From the NCBI RefSeq assembly GCF_006345805.1, contig NC_042997.1, positions 131,130,001 to 131,194,000 on the forward strand: a stretch of 64,000 nt of DNA, written 5' to 3'. The stretch comes from Octopus sinensis. Lineage: Eukaryota. Numbering within the stretch: position 1 is the first letter of the stretch; every line of letters starts with the position of its first letter. Both the position numbers and the translations under genes were made by a program. Of the stretch, positions 24,031 through 36,588 are shown piece by piece. Under the pieces are notes generated by a model. It searched no databases, was not told the DNA's origin, and saw only the letters and a list, made by a program, of their open reading frames with translations.

Positions 24031-24680
24031 GGCATCACTTACCAAGTCCTTTGTGAGCCATTCTCTGGCTATCTATCTGAGGCTTTATATAGCTATGGTG
24101 TGGCCTCACCTGGAATTTGCATCACTGGTCTTGAACCCCTATCTTGCCCAGGATATAAATTGTCTGGAAACTGTTCAGCAATGTGCAACCAAGAGAATAC
24201 CCTCTATCAGGCATCTGCCATATTCTGAATGCCTTACTTCCCTGGGCATGGATACATTGAAACACTGATGTCTGGCAACTGACTTGGCAGACACCCATAA
24301 AATTATTAACCATTTTACTAATAATAACTCTGAGCACCTTTTCAAACTCAACCTGTCTAACACCTGTGGACATGCTTACAATATCAGAAAATAGCACAGC
24401 TCCCATGACTTTTGGAAACATTTTTTCACACTAAGAGTTGCTGAAGTATGGAATAAACTGCTGGCATCAGTTGTTAGTTGTCAGAGCACTGCATCCTTCA
24501 AAACTTCCATGCTTCCTGAGATTCACCAACACTACACCTGATTTTCTCCCCTCCATACACACGCAAGCATGTAACTGACTCATACACTGTTCACTTCCCA
24601 GACATTTGTACATTACTGCATATGCTTTATATGCACTTTTGACAAGTTGCAGCTGTGCACTGTATACAATAATTTCATTA
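24031..24680 (+). mobile_element. CR1/L2-group LINE 3' end
   Basis: LYIAMVWPHLEFASLVLNPYLAQDINCLETVQQCATKRIP...FFTLRVAEVWNKL, followed by an (ATT)n/(ATC)n tail. Confidence 0.85.
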
Positions 24681-25003
24681 TTATTATTACTATTATTATT
24701 ATTATTACTATCATCATCATCATCATCATCATTATCATTATTATTCATAGCTTTATCTACTTTGAGCCCATCAGTTAAAAACAAATTATTTTCACATCTC
24801 TCAAAATTTCTAAATTTTTATGATGTAAAAAATTCTTGCATTTCCAGCCACATCTTTATGAAAACACTTTGATATCATAAGTTCTGGAGTGTTACATTTT
24901 GTGAAAGCCACATCTCCTTTTTTCAACAGGGCAATTAATCTCTACAGTATATTTGCTGTCTAGAAACAAGTCTGCAGGGATTTTGATATGTTCACAACCT
25001 TAA

Positions 25004-26115
25004 CCCTAACACTTTCGTTACCAAACCGCCCAAAGCCGCCCGAAAAATATTTTGGTTAATGTGACCAAACCGCCCAAACCCGTCCGAATTTACCTATTCA
25101 TATTTAAATGAGAATATCAGAGCAAATCTCTTTAGTACATTCGTAAAAACATGTGATTATACTTCGTAAACAGTTAATCTACAGTTTTGTACAAAGATCG
25201 ACGTGTAACTTTATTTCCCTGAATTTTGGGAGATTTTTTTCCACATTTTTTTTGGCATCGATTTTTCTTCAACTTTGAAAATGGATTGGAGTTTCATGTT
25301 ATCAAGCATTGATTCCGAATTGGAAAATTTGTGAAGCAAATACTGGGTACTGTTGTGGATTTAGTTTTTATACAGGGAAACTAATGTTAGTCAGCATGGC
25401 TTAGGGTATGATGTGGTCTGGAAGTTATTCTTTGAAGCGATCAATGCGGAAACAAACTTACGCAAAATGTAAACAAACACAAAATGGGGGTTCAAATTTC
25501 GGAAAATTTGTGAAGCAAATACTGGGTACTGCGTGGATTTAGTTTTTATACAGGGAAAATAATGTTAGTCAGCATGGCCTAGGGAACGATGTGGTCTGGA
25601 ATTTATCACTTCCATACCATAACCAGGGCCGTATATTATTTTTTGACCGATTTCTTTAGTTCGGTCAAACTTCCGGTGGATTCCAGTATTTCACTTTATT
25701 CCACCTTTATGGTACGCCCGTTGTGCATTAAATTCAAGTGATGATATAGTGATGTGCACAATTCTTCTTTATCAAAATTTTGTTGCATACCCATTTGAAT
25801 ATTAGCTGATGATTCATTTTCTATGGTGATGTTTAAACAAAATTTTAATATTTTTACTTTTGCTCAATTTAAAATTTTAATATTTTTACCTTTTGCTCAA
25901 TTTACCTGTAATTAAAGTCACTTTAAGACAAAAGTTATGCAATAGAATTGATTAAGAACCCTTTCTTTAATTATGTTCCAAATATCACATTAAAATGTTG
26001 ATAAGTAAAAAAGTTACAGTTATTTAATGAAACAAGCCTAGATTCATGATTATTTTAGAATTTAGATGAAACTAATGAGGGGTGTATTTTGGTCAGAAAT
26101 ATAGTAACGAAAGGG
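25004..26115 (+). mobile_element. Internally deleted piggyBac element
   Basis: TTAA|CCCT..TTTCGTTAC left end and GTAACGAAAGGG|CTAA right end. Internal TKWGFKFRKICEANTGYCVD...SQHGLGNDVVWNL..LFFDRF is a piggyBac DDD transposase remnant. Confidence 0.85.
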
Positions 26116-26336
26116 CTAAGCTTGATTCTGTGACCTACTCTGCTGATGCCAAACAATAGTTCCCTCTCTAAATAATAACAGTCACACTACTGCCACCACC
26201 ACTACTGCTCTCACCATTTCCACTACCACCATCACCACCACCACCATCATCACCATTGTCACCACCATCACTAATACCGCCACTACCACCAACAATAACA
26301 AATGCTGTTTTTCTCTCTGACATACAAGATTTTCAG

Positions 26337-26440
26337 TTGCCATTCAACAATTCCTGGTCTGCTGTCTTGTGATGTGCTCCTGCTGTTACAGCAACAGTAC
26401 TTGAACATGAATATGTCTCCATTAACCTATAACAAGATGG
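26337..26440 (+). CDS. Candidate exon (CHSTIPGLLSCDVLLLLQQQYLNMNMSPLTYNKM)
   Basis: TTTTCAG acceptor, G|GTAACA donor, only open frame, phase 2 to phase 1. Confidence 0.4.
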
Positions 26441-26529
26441 GTAACATAAAGATATCATGTTGTTGTTATTTAGCCTCACAGCAATAATAATCCAGCCAGT
26501 CTAATTATGATCAAAGATGTTCCAGGTGT

Positions 26530-26760
26530 ATATTTCTTTACTACCCTCAAGGGGCTAAACACAGAGGGGACAAACAAGGACAGACAAACGGATTAAGTCG
26601 ATTACATCGACCCCAGTGCGAAACTGGTACTTAATTTATCGACCCCAAAAGAATGAAAGGCAAAGTTGACCTCGGCGAATTTGAACTCAGAACGTAACGA
26701 CAGACGAAATACCACTAAGCATTTCGCCCGGCACGCTAACGCTTCTGCCAGCTCGCCGCC
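26530..26760 (-). mobile_element. SINE family A, young copy
   Basis: Near-consensus, CpGs retained. Confidence 0.92.
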
Positions 26761-26859
26761 CCTGTCCAGGTATTCCAGGTGTAATCATTTTATGCTTTTT
26801 TTGTTTTTGCTTTTTGCAATATGTATCTAGAGTTGCATTATTCATTATTCATTGATAGA

Positions 26860-27462
26860 GCGGCTAACCGGCTTCCATGCCAGTGGCACATAAAAGGCAC
26901 CATTCGAGCGTGATCGTTACCAGCATCGCATTACTGGTACTCGAGCCCTGTGCTAGTAGGGTACTAAGAGCACCATCCGAGTATGATCATTACCAGAGCG
27001 GCTATCTGGCCTCCGTGCCGGCGGCACGTAAAACACACCATTCGAGCGTGATCGTTACCAGCATCACATTACTGGTACTCGAGCTCCGTGCTAGTAGGGT
27101 ACTAAGAGCACCATCCGAGTATGATCATTGCCAGAGCGGCTATCTGGCCTCCGTGCCGGTGGCATGTAAAAAACACCATTTGAGCATGATTGTTACCGGC
27201 ATCGCCTTACTGGCACCCACGCCGGTGGCACGTGTAAAAGATTCGAGCAAGGTTGTTGCCAGTGCTGCCTCATTGGCCCCGTGCCGGTGGCATGTAAAAG
27301 CAGCCACTACACTCTCGGAGTGGTTGGTGTTAGGAAGGGCATCCAGCTTTAGAAACTCTGCAGATCAAGATTAAAGCCTGGTGCAGCCATCTGGTTCGCC
27401 AAACCCTCAGTCATACGTCCGACCCATGCTAGCATAGAAAGCAGACGTTAATCGATGATGAT
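26860..27462 (+). mobile_element. Family C repeat with a 138-bp higher-order module duplication
   Basis: Module starts at 26877, 27015 and 27153; RTE-type tail ends GACGTTAATCGATGATG. Confidence 0.88.
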
Positions 27463-27501
27463 GAACATTGTAATATTTGAAACATCAAGAATTATTAACA
27501 G

Positions 27502-27695
27502 TAGACATCATAGGGTTAACAAATTCCCAACTGCATTTCCATTACCATCTTCCTTGTCATTTTTGCACCTATCATGGATGGAACTGGTCTACAACATTGC
27601 ATATAGCTTCACATTTCAGTTCTCCATCATCTTGTCTGCGAGACCCAATACTAGAAAACAAAGTGGAGGAAATAACTCTAAGTAGCTGTCAGTGA
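27502..27695 (+). CDS. Candidate (possibly terminal) exon (VDIIGLTNSQLHFHYHLPCHFCTYHGWNWSTTLHIASHFSSPSSCLRDPILENKVEEITLSSCQ*)
   Basis: TTAACAG acceptor, phase 1 matching the 26440 donor, long complex open frame; 3' boundary uncertain. Confidence 0.4.
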
Positions 27696-27781
27696 CTAGT
27701 TAAGTATATATTTGTGGCTATGCTATGCAGAGATTTCATTTATTTATTGCTTATTCAAATGACATAGTTACTAAAGGCTAA

Positions 27782-28173
27782 TCTCTCTCTATATATAAAG
27801 CTGAAGTTGTCTGTGTATGGCAGGTTTGGTCGCCTTCAACTAACACTATCTCCTCTGAGACCCTGCAGTGCAAGTTGACCAAAATTGAAAGTATGATAGA
27901 AGAAGGCTTGCTCTTCCTTCCATAGAAGAAAAAATTCAAATCAGACCATGTTAACACCAAAAATTATTTACATCAAAAAGGTGCTTTCTTTCTATGAAAA
28001 TCCCTATTTTTTACGATTTATTGACTGCTGTGTCACCATTTTTCAGCGTATTTCAACCAGCAAAATGTTCAATTAAAGAGAATAACAAGCTACACAATGC
28101 AAAATTTACTTTTCAAAAATTCCAATTCTAAAGGGTCGAAACAAATCCAAGCAACGTCGGGTGATACTGCTAG
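27782..28173 (+). mobile_element. Non-autonomous Helitron-like element
   Basis: A|TC...TATATAAAG 5' end, GC-rich subterminal GCAACGTCGGG, 3' CTAG|T; no TSD; second copy at 50919-51310. Confidence 0.8.
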
Positions 28174-29009
28174 TATATATAAAAGTAATTTGAACAAACG
28201 TTTCTATAGTGCAATCATTTGTCCAAATAGAAAGTCCTTCACCCATAGCACAATCTGCACTTAAGCTTTAACTTAAAGCGCAATTTATCATTGTGTTATG
28301 CAGATTGGCAACAAAGTGAATATTATTTCTACCCATCAGACAAAAGCATGCAATGAATACAGATATATCTTTGTTATATAATAATAAGGTCAAATCAAAT
28401 TTTTTATGAAACACATGACATTTGTTTAACACTTTTGATATAAACCTGCCTAAGACTGTCATTGGATCTCTAACACACACTCTCTATTTCAAAGTAGTCT
28501 AATTAAAGCCTATTCTTTGTTATTTTAAGAATTAACTGAAACAGTGGCAGTGTAGTTTAACAGAAATATGGTAACAAAAGAATGAAAGAATGAACTGGCA
28601 GTATACATATAGTAAATTTGTTACGAGCGAAAAACAAGTGAAATAAGCATAATTTGTGTCAAAGGTGAAGCAAAGATGACTGAGTTAACAGGGTCCCTAT
28701 CAGACAACTTGTCTGAGTGGTTGACAATTTCTATCTAATTATCAGTGTTGTATCATGTCTGTGACTAAGATAATTAGCACCAAATGGTCAAGAATCCAAA
28801 TTTGGGTGACATAATTTCCCACTATAAATAATATAAATGGTGTAGGTTTGATACGTAGCATGTTAATTTGGGATATTGAGGTTCATTCAAGCAGCAGAAA
28901 ATATAACTTGCAATGGAAACAATATCAACTCCATAAGATTTATCTCTCGTTTAAAAATACTCCATCATATATCTTTGATCGAAACACTGATTCTTCATTT
29001 CTTATTTCA

Positions 29010-29452
29010 TTTTTGCCCACAAGGGGCTAAACAGAGAAGGGAGAAACAAGGACAGATAAAGGGATTACGTCAATTACATCAACCCCACTGCGTAACTGGT
29101 ACTTAGTTTATCGATCCCGAAAGGATGAAACGCAAAGTCAACCTTGGCGGAATTTGAACTCTGAGCGTAACGGCAGATGAAGTACTGCTAAGCATTTCGC
29201 CTGGTGTGCTTACGTTTCTTATTTCTTTATTGCCCACAAGGGGCTAAACATAGAGGGGACAAACAAGGACAGACAAACGGATTAAGTCGATTATATCGAC
29301 CCCAGTGTGTAACTGGCACTTATTTAATCAACCCCGAAAGGATGAAAGGCAAAGCCGACCTCAGCAGAATTTGAACTCAGAACGTAACGGCAGACGAAAT
29401 ATTGCAAAGCATTTCACCTGGTGTGCTAACATTTCTGCTAGCTCACTGCCTT
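29010..29452 (-). mobile_element. Tandem pair of SINE A copies
   Basis: Two family A bodies head-to-tail, junction near 29215. Confidence 0.85.
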
Positions 29453-29549
29453 AATTCTTCGCCTGATTCTTCATTTCTCTACATCTCTACAGTAGGCTAA
29501 AATATAAAAAGACTTTTACTTTTCCTTATGTGCATATACATATATATAT

Positions 29550-29830
29550 ATCATCATCATCATTTAACATCTGCCTTCCATGCTAGCATGGGTGGGACAG
29601 TTTCACAAGAGCTGGCCAGGCAGAAGCCTACACCAGACTTCTGTGACTGTTTTGGCAGGATTTTTATGGCTGGATGCCCTTCCTAGCACCGACCACTCAG
29701 CAGAGTGGACTTAGTGCATTTTACATGGCACAAACACAGGTGGGGTCAGTTTTGGCAAGGTTTTTACAGCTGGATGCCCTTCTAAACACTAATCACTTTA
29801 CAGTGTGGACTGGGTGCTTTAATGTAACAA
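29550..29830 (-). mobile_element. Family C repeat
   Basis: (CAT)n TTTAACATCTGCCTTCCATGCTAGCATGGG...GCTGGATGCCCTTC. Confidence 0.75.
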
Positions 29831-29977
29831 GATCATCAAATACTTGCACGACCGAAAAAAAAAAAATTCAAGAGAGGAGTGGGCATTGGAGACATCTTGT
29901 GTCAGGTGGTGAAAGGTTATAGTGAAACAGAAACAGGTGTCTTGCTGTAAAGGAAGTACAAGGTTACCTAGCCAGAG

Positions 29978-30033
<56 letters not shown>

Positions 30034-30904
30034 TCAGGAATGAAGATAGAAACAGTTGTACTATGGCAAAGGAAATACATGGTTATCTAACCTGAGGGAA
30101 GTGCAGGAGAAGGAGCAAGATAATGGGAGACAGCAGGATAGAAATGGTGGCAAAATGCCAGGCATAGTCACAAGGGAAAGGGATCAGAATATAAATGGGA
30201 TGATTGAGTAAAGGCAGAGAGAGATATAGATGATGGCAAGTGCTAGGACATACCCTTGAGATTTGAACAGCATAATATAAGTGGCACGATATTGCAAAGG
30301 AAGTGTGATTAAAGAGTCGGAAGGGATGAGGAGTGAGTGGCGAAAACCTGGGTATATAGAGAGTTAGGGGTGGGGGGTGGGTACTATACAGAGGAACAGG
30401 GCTGTGAGGACAGGATTGGGAAGTGAGAATTAGGCATAGTGTACAAAGGAGGAAATGTGAGGAAGCAAAGAGATGTGGAAATGTAGATTGGTTTTTTGGG
30501 GTAGGGTGTGTGAAAAGTTTTCTTGCTATGTGTGAGTGGAACACACAGGTTGGGGGCTAGCAGATAGCAATAATACAATGAGACAGGGCATGTGGGTGGA
30601 ACACACAGGTTGGGGGCTAGCAGAGAGCAATGACACAGTGGCACAGGGCCAAGAGAACAGGAACGGAAAGTGGGAGATAAGCATAGTGCATGAAACGGAA
30701 ATGTGAGGAAGAGAAGAGATATAGAGATGTAGTTTGGTTTGTTGTAGCAGGAGAGAATTTTTCTTGTTAAGTGTGGGTGGAACACACAGTGCTTCTAGAA
30801 CACAATTTCACTGACATGGGTGGGTCTTCTCTAGAACTTCATATCACCAGACATCTTGGTCCATTGTTATTTTCTCCATGAAACCAACATCTTAAAATTG
30901 GTCC

Positions 30905-31135
30905 TTACCTATTTCTTTACTACCCACAAAAGGCTACATACAGAGGGGACAAACAAGGACAGACAAACAGATTAAGTCGATTATATTGACCCCAGTGCGT
31001 AACTGGTACTTATTGACCCCGAAAGGATGAAAGGCAAAGTCGACCTTGGTGGAATTTGAACTCAGAATGTAGTGGCAGACGAAATACCGCTAAGCATTTC
31101 GCCCAGCGTGCTAACGTTTCTGCCAGCTTGCCACC
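30905..31135 (-). mobile_element. SINE family A
   Basis: Reverse complement of the family A consensus. Confidence 0.9.
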
Positions 31136-31140
31136 TTATT

Positions 31141-31942
31141 GGTCCTTACCACTTCATCCCACATCTTCCTGGGTCTCCCTCTTCCATGGGTACCATCCAC
31201 TTTCAGTGATTGACATGGCTTTATGTAGCTGTCCTCATTCATACGCATCACATGTCCAAACCAACATAGTCTTCTCTCTTGCATGCTACATTTGATTTCT
31301 CTTATGCCCAACTTTTCTCTCAATACATTTGCACTTTGCCATACATGTACACTGATGTTTCACATCCAATGGAGCATACTACCATCATTTCTCCACAGTC
31401 TACACATGTTTTCTGCATTCAGAACCCATGTCTCACTATCATGGAACAGCCTACCTTTCACTCCGAAAGAGGGTCCCATTGTTGCTAACAAAGATGATAG
31501 CTCTCTGAACTTCCTCCACCTAATTCTTACTATACCTTCAGAGCATCCTCCACCATTGTTAATTTGACCACCTAGGTAACAGAAACTATCTACAACCTCA
31601 AGAAAGTCTCCTGAGCCTTTGAGAGAATCTAAGTCTTGTGTGCTCTTAGTGCTTACTGTTCTTGCACATCTGCCACATACAAAGACAACATTATCTGTTA
31701 ATCTACTTGTAATTCCACTCCATCTCTTATGTGTCCATAGCTTATACTGGGTGCTGCAAATGGACTTTCTTCCAACTTCTTTCCTACATATTGAGCAGAG
31801 CCATTTACCTCACAGAAAGAGAGTTTTATCTTCTTTCTTACTAGCAACAACTTTGATCTTAGCTAGGTTAACTTTAAAGCCCTTTGATTCCAGGTTTTGT
31901 TTCCATACCTGGAATTTCTTCTCCAATTCTGCTAAAGATTCT

Positions 31943-31990
<48 letters not shown>

Positions 31991-32003
31991 AGTGTATATG
32001 CAG

Positions 32004-32037
<34 letters not shown>

Positions 32038-32090
32038 CTTCCTCACACACATATGTAAAGCTGGTGACATGCCATGCTTGAGGGGACCTA
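31141..32090 (-). mobile_element. RTE LINE RT fragment interrupted by (TA)n
   Basis: LEKKFQVWKQNLESKGFKVNLAKIKV and REKLGIREIKCSMQERRLCWFGHVMRM...GRGRPRKMWDEVV. Confidence 0.85.
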
Positions 32091-32234
32091 TTGAGTCAAG
32101 TACATCATCAACATCAAAATCAAATCAAATCACAATCAAAGGAAATTGTAGTTGTGGCTGATGCCAGCACCGCCTGTCTGGCTCCCCGTGCCAGTGGCAC
32201 ATAAAAAGCACCATCCAAAGGTATATATATATAT

Positions 32235-32560
32235 CATCATCATCATCACCGTTTAACGTCCGCTTTCCATGCTGGCATGGGTTGGATGGTTTGACTGAAG
32301 GCTGGCAATCCAGAAGGCTGCACCAGTCTCCAATTTGATCTGGCAGAGTTTCTACAGCTGGATGCCCTTCCTAACGCCAACCACTCTGAGAGTGTAGTTG
32401 GTGCTTTTACATGCCACCAGCACAAGGGCCAGTCCAGCAGCACTGGCAATGACAATGCTCGAATGGTGCTTTTTACACATTCCACCTGCACAGGAGCCAG
32501 CCAGCGGCCCTGGCAACGATCACACTCAAATGGTGCTTTTTGCTCGAATGGTGCTTAGGT
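32235..32560 (-). mobile_element. Family C repeat
   Basis: CCGTTTAACGTCCGCTTTCCATGC...GCTGGATGCCCTTCCTAACGCC plus modules. Confidence 0.85.
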
Positions 32561-33258
32561 TTCTTTCGGTCTCTACCGACCAAATTCATTCGCTAGGCTT
32601 TAGTCATCCCATGGCTATAGTAGTAGACACTTGTCCCAGTGAGAAAGAATTGAAACCATGTGGCTTTGAAGCAAACTTCTTAACTACACAACTATGTCTG
32701 CACCTATTCTTATATAGAAATGATTTGTACTTGTTTTGCAATTTACATAATTTGAGAATCATGTGTTGAAGCAATGGCAGAATCACATTAACTATTTAAA
32801 ACCCACTTATGTCTACTATATTCACATTTGTGATAATATCATAATATCATACAAAGTGTTGATAATTATCACACACCTATGACCTGGTCATTGATATAAT
32901 TTCACCACACCACAATTGTTACATTAGGGAGAACTGTTCTCACAATACAAGACCATAAATGTCTCACAATAATATAACAATGAGTTACGTATGTTTTAAA
33001 TGGCTATCATGAGTTTCTGTAACATATACCACATATATCGGTTTCAAATTTTGGCACATGGTCAACAGTTTCAGAGAAGGGGGTAAGCTGATTACATCAA
33101 TCCCCATTGTTCAACTGGTGCTTATTTTATCAACCCTGAAAGGATAAAAGACATAGATGAACCCAGCAGAATTTGAACTCACAATGGATGAAATACTGCT
33201 AAGTATTTTGCCCGGCATGCTAATGATTCTGCCAGCTTGCAGCCTTGTCATGTACCAC

Positions 33259-33289
<31 letters not shown>

Positions 33290-33293
<4 letters not shown>

Positions 33294-33410
33294 TAGTTTT
33301 ATTTTTATAGCGCACTTTCACTTCACTACCGAGCGCAGCTCTGTGTGCCTTGTGTATGTGCTGTGTTTTGTGATGCTCTGATGGTTACTGTATTGAAAGT
33401 GTTTTGCGTA
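33290..33410 (-). mobile_element. Probable L2/CR1-type 3' tail between (ATT)n tracts
   Basis: TTTTTATAGCGCACTTTC...GAGCGCAGCTC resembles L2-type 3' ends; flanked by (ATT)n. Confidence 0.45.
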
Positions 33411-33438
33411 ATTATTATTATTATTATTATTATTATAA

Positions 33439-34005
33439 CTAGCTGTCCCTGTGCATCAAAAATGACGGCTAATTGTAGTATTTTATATATAAATAAGGTA
33501 CAAAACCAAGTTTTTAGTTTAATAATTCTTTTATTACCAAATTTTTTGTGAAATATTTATCCACAACTAACATCCCTTGACTGCATGTTTCCCTCGAAAG
33601 AATTTTAAAGTTTTCCTTCCTTCTTGGATGACTTTAAGCCACATAAAGCTGACGGTGACTAAATATGGGGCTGGCAAGTAAATACCAAATACACAGAGTT
33701 GAAATGCTGTTTGACTTTTCTTTTTAGTATTGAATATTCACCATCCAACTTCCATTGCACACACACACACACACGCAAACATTCACATATCACCCTTTTA
33801 TATGCGCACACATATACTCACACAGAATTGAAACGCTGTTTGATTTTTTGTTTCACCGTACAATTTCCATCATCCCACTACTAAGTTTTCCATCACTCCT
33901 TTCTTCCTTATTCATCTATCACTCCTTCCTTATTCATCTATCACTCCTTCTTTTCTCATTCATGTGTTGTGATGGAGAAAAACACAAGAGTATTATTATA
34001 GTAGA
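33439..34005 (-). mobile_element. Non-autonomous Helitron-like element (second family)
   Basis: Minus strand A|TCTACTATAATAAT ... degenerate CCGTC hairpin ... CAGCTAG|T. Confidence 0.6.
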
Positions 34006-34404
34006 TACTTCCAAAGGTGAGAGCTGGCAAATTCGTTAAAGCATCGAGCAAAAATGTTTAACGACATTTCTTCTGGCTCATTATGCTCTGAGTTCAATCT
34101 TCCAAGGTTAACTTTGCCTTTCATCCTTTCAGGATCAATAAAATAAAGTTTCAGTCTAGCAGAATTGTTAGCATGTCAGAGAAAATGCATACGGGTAGAC
34201 CTGACTTTTTACATTCTGAATTCAAATCTCTCTGAGGATGAACTTTACTGTTCATCCTTTTGGAGTTGATAAAATGAAGTACCAATCAAATACTGGGGTT
34301 GATGTAATCAACTTACCCTCTCCCCTAAAATTGCTGGCCTTAGGTCAAAGTTTGAGACATTTATTATCATTGTTGTAGATGTTTTTGTTATTATTAATGT
34401 TCTT

Positions 34405-34637
34405 ATTTCTTTATTGCCCACAAGGGGTTAAACACAGAGGGGACAAGCAAGGACAGACAAATGGATTAAGTTGATTATATCGACCCCAGTGCGTAACTGG
34501 TACTTATTTAATTGACCCTGAAAGGATGAAAGGCAAAGTCGACCTCAGCAGAATTTGAACTCAGAACATAGTGGCAGACGAAATACCACTAATCTTTTCG
34601 CCCGGCGTGCTGACGTTTCTGCTAGCTTGCCGCCTTA
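34405..34637 (-). mobile_element. SINE family A
   Basis: Full consensus on the minus strand. Confidence 0.9.
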
Positions 34638-34744
34638 TTAATGTTCTGGCTAACAAAGCACCTTCTCTAGAGTATGTAAACTGTCAGCTGTCCATAACCA
34701 GTGGACTATGGTAACATTCTTCATTCAGATTTTAAGAACTTTAA

Positions 34745-35140
34745 GGCGGTGAGCTGGCTGACTCATTAGCATGCTGGATGAAATGTTTAGTGATATTTCA
34801 CCCATCGCTGTGTTCTGAGTTCAAATTCCGCCGAGGTCGACTTTGCCTTTCATCCTTTTGGAGTCAATTAAATAAGTACAAGTTACGCACTGGAGTCGAT
34901 ATAATCGACTTAATCTGTTTGTCTGTTTTTGCTTGTCCTCTCTGTGTTTAGCCCCTTGTGGGTAGTAAAGAAACAGGTATTTCATCTCTCTTTACAGTCT
35001 GAGTTCAAATTCCAGTGAGGTTGACTTTGCCTTTCATTCTTTTGGGATTCATAAATTAAGTACCAGTTGCATACTGGGGTCGATCTAATCGACTGGCCCC
35101 TCTCCCCCAAAATTTCGGACCTTGAGCCTAGAGTAGAAAA
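34745..35140 (+). mobile_element. SINE family A dimer
   Basis: Full copy, then a restart at GGTATTTC...GAGTTCAAATTCC (about 34976). Confidence 0.85.
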
Positions 35141-35749
35141 GATTTCAAGAACTTTGCTGAGGATTCATGCAATTTCAAGCAATGCTATTTTCTGTAGATA
35201 CCCTATCTTCACATTTAGTCCTGTATTTTGTACTCATAGTTCCCAGGACTCCAACAACAATGATAACAACAACATGTACACTGCTCACCTTCTTCTGGGA
35301 CCAAAGTCTTTCTGTCTCTTACTTCAAGTTATCTTTTATCTCACACTTCAAAATAATTCCCTTTGGTGTGAAAAGACAACGTTATTACCTTATCTGTATG
35401 AAACCTTTCTTCACTCCCCAAAATTCCCCTTCCTATCATCCTTAGTTATGGAGGCTTTTTATCTTTTCCTGCTCTTTTCCTGTCTTGCAAGTTGCTTGGT
35501 AACCACACTAGTGTTGACGGTGTGGGAAAAGCATCCAGTACACACAGTAAAACGGTTGGAATTAAGAAGGGCATCCAGCTGCAGAAACCATGCCAAATCC
35601 AATAATAAAGCTCAATGCAGTTCACCAAATTCTGTCAAACTGTGAAACCCATGCTGGCCAAGAAAACAGATGTTAAATGATGATGATAATGATGATATAA
35701 GGTACCCATGATTTGTGTGTGTGGAAAAGCAGCAAAATGTGACAACCGA

Positions 35750-36310
35750 TGCAGACTTTGTGGAGTTAACACCGACATCAAAAGCATTTGTTCAAAAATG
35801 TCTACCGATGAGACATGATGTAGGTAAGACACTGTAAAATGAGATCCATTGGAAGGATAACCCTGAGGCTAAAAGAATAAGAATCCACAGTATGGTAGAA
35901 GCCATAGCTGCTCATAATAAGGAGTTCCAGTAGAATGACCCAGTGAAAACCTCAGTAAAATGTAAACACAATAGACCTGATATAATGATTTGGGATAGAG
36001 AAGAGAAACTGTGTACAGTTGTGAAAATCAGCTGCCCAGTGGATGTTCACATAAAGCTAAGGATCAGCAAAAAATGAGAATACCTATGCTGAATTATTCA
36101 GGAATCTACAGCTACTCTATCCCAATTTCACATTCAGGTTTATACCTGTAATTATTGGGACACTGGGATGAGTAACACACTCCCTAACTACTAATCTTGA
36201 GAAATTAGGCTTCTCAAAACCAGAAAGGAGAAAGCTCATTCAAAGACTCAAGATCCAAGCCACCATTGGAACTGTAAACATCTGTAAAACTTTTCAGAGG
36301 TTTATCATTG
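35750..36310 (+). mobile_element. R4/Dong-like non-LTR element C-terminus (zinc knuckle plus restriction-like endonuclease)
   Basis: Degenerate CRLCG...PMRHDV...KCKHNRPDIMIWDREEKLCTVVKISCP...GTVNICKTFQRF across frameshifts. Confidence 0.75.
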
Positions 36311-36588
36311 AAGCCTATATGTGCATATCTAGACGTGCAACTATATGCATGACAATACATACATAAAATGAAATACACAAATTTGCACATACTCTGACTC
36401 CAAATACTACACAGTTGCATACATACATGAAAAAATACTCTGTTGATGTTGTTGAAATTCCAGTGAAGGAGCATTGGATCTAGGTTAGAAACCAGCTCTT
36501 TCTCTGTTGCCAAGAAATCTTGAAATAAAGCTAAATAATGACATACATACCTGCACACACCTACATTTGAAGTTGGCTATATTGAAAC

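Noticed and set aside
26860-27310. CRISPR-like repeat/spacer pattern in family C modules; also the 97-bp array
   Set aside because: Eukaryotic context, no cas genes, and the intervening sequences are homologous to each other rather than unique spacers.
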